Of a stretch of 64,000 nt of DNA, positions 63,625 to 64,000 are shown piece after piece. Both the position numbers and the translations under genes were made by a program. The first letter of the stretch is position 1; each line of letters opens with the position of its first letter. The notes below the pieces were generated by a model, which worked only from the letters and a program-made list of their open reading frames with translations, did no database searches and was not told the origin of the DNA. Source of the stretch: Azolla caroliniana (lineage: Eukaryota > Plantae > Polypodiophyta); assembly GCA_043228905.1 (NCBI GenBank), contig JBHGNT010000015.1, positions 15,872,001 through 15,936,000 on the forward strand, written 5' to 3'.

Positions 63625-64000
63625 CATTATTGGTCAGTCACCATGTGATGTATTTTAAGCGATGCGCTTTGTGACGAGTTTTGTCAGATGTTACTAAGCC
63701 ATGCACGTGTACCATCACATTTTGACATACGGGTGTCACAGAGCAACACCCTAAAACGGATATTTTCTAGTCTATAAATAAAGAATTCCTTCTCATTCTC
63801 TCTCTCTCTCTCTCTCTGGTAAATCTCTCTATCTCTCTTTGGTGAAAACACATAATTATATTAATAAATGTGTGTAAAAAACATTACTTACAATGGGTGT
63901 GACAATAGGCAAGATGAACACTCCATTGAGGAAAGAATTTCAACTTGCTCCAATAAAGAAAATTGCTACATTAGTACTCCCTTCAACTTTCATAGATATA

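Overview
Eukaryotic, land-plant-like genomic DNA, probably a non-seed plant such as a fern, lycophyte or moss (inferred from the tRNA-Trp-primed non-chromovirus Ty3/gypsy elements and a bacterial-type FMO). About 80% of the window is nested, decayed transposable elements: several Ty1/copia copies, chromovirus and tRNA-Trp-primed Ty3/gypsy elements, RTE-like and L1 LINE pieces, a hAT MITE, a pogo/Tc1-mariner-like non-autonomous element and CACTA ends. Only two intact host genes are visible, both intronless: a secreted A1-family aspartic protease (8849-10354) and a 611-aa bacterial-type (type II-like) flavin-containing monooxygenase (51682-53517), a horizontal-transfer candidate. Highlights: (i) a TA-flanked TIR element in the FMO promoter that carries ten 48-bp repeats built on a 22-bp palindrome, with a paralogous empty site at the window end; (ii) a conserved G-GAT-TTT-stop -1 frameshift site placed after the protease in two divergent gypsy elements; (iii) antisense tRNA-like A-box/B-box cassettes near the 5' end of three TGTC-starting LTR-like termini; (iv) an 18-kb three-tier nest (a LINE split by a copia, itself split by two full-length gypsy elements). 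All coordinates and alignments were made by eye.
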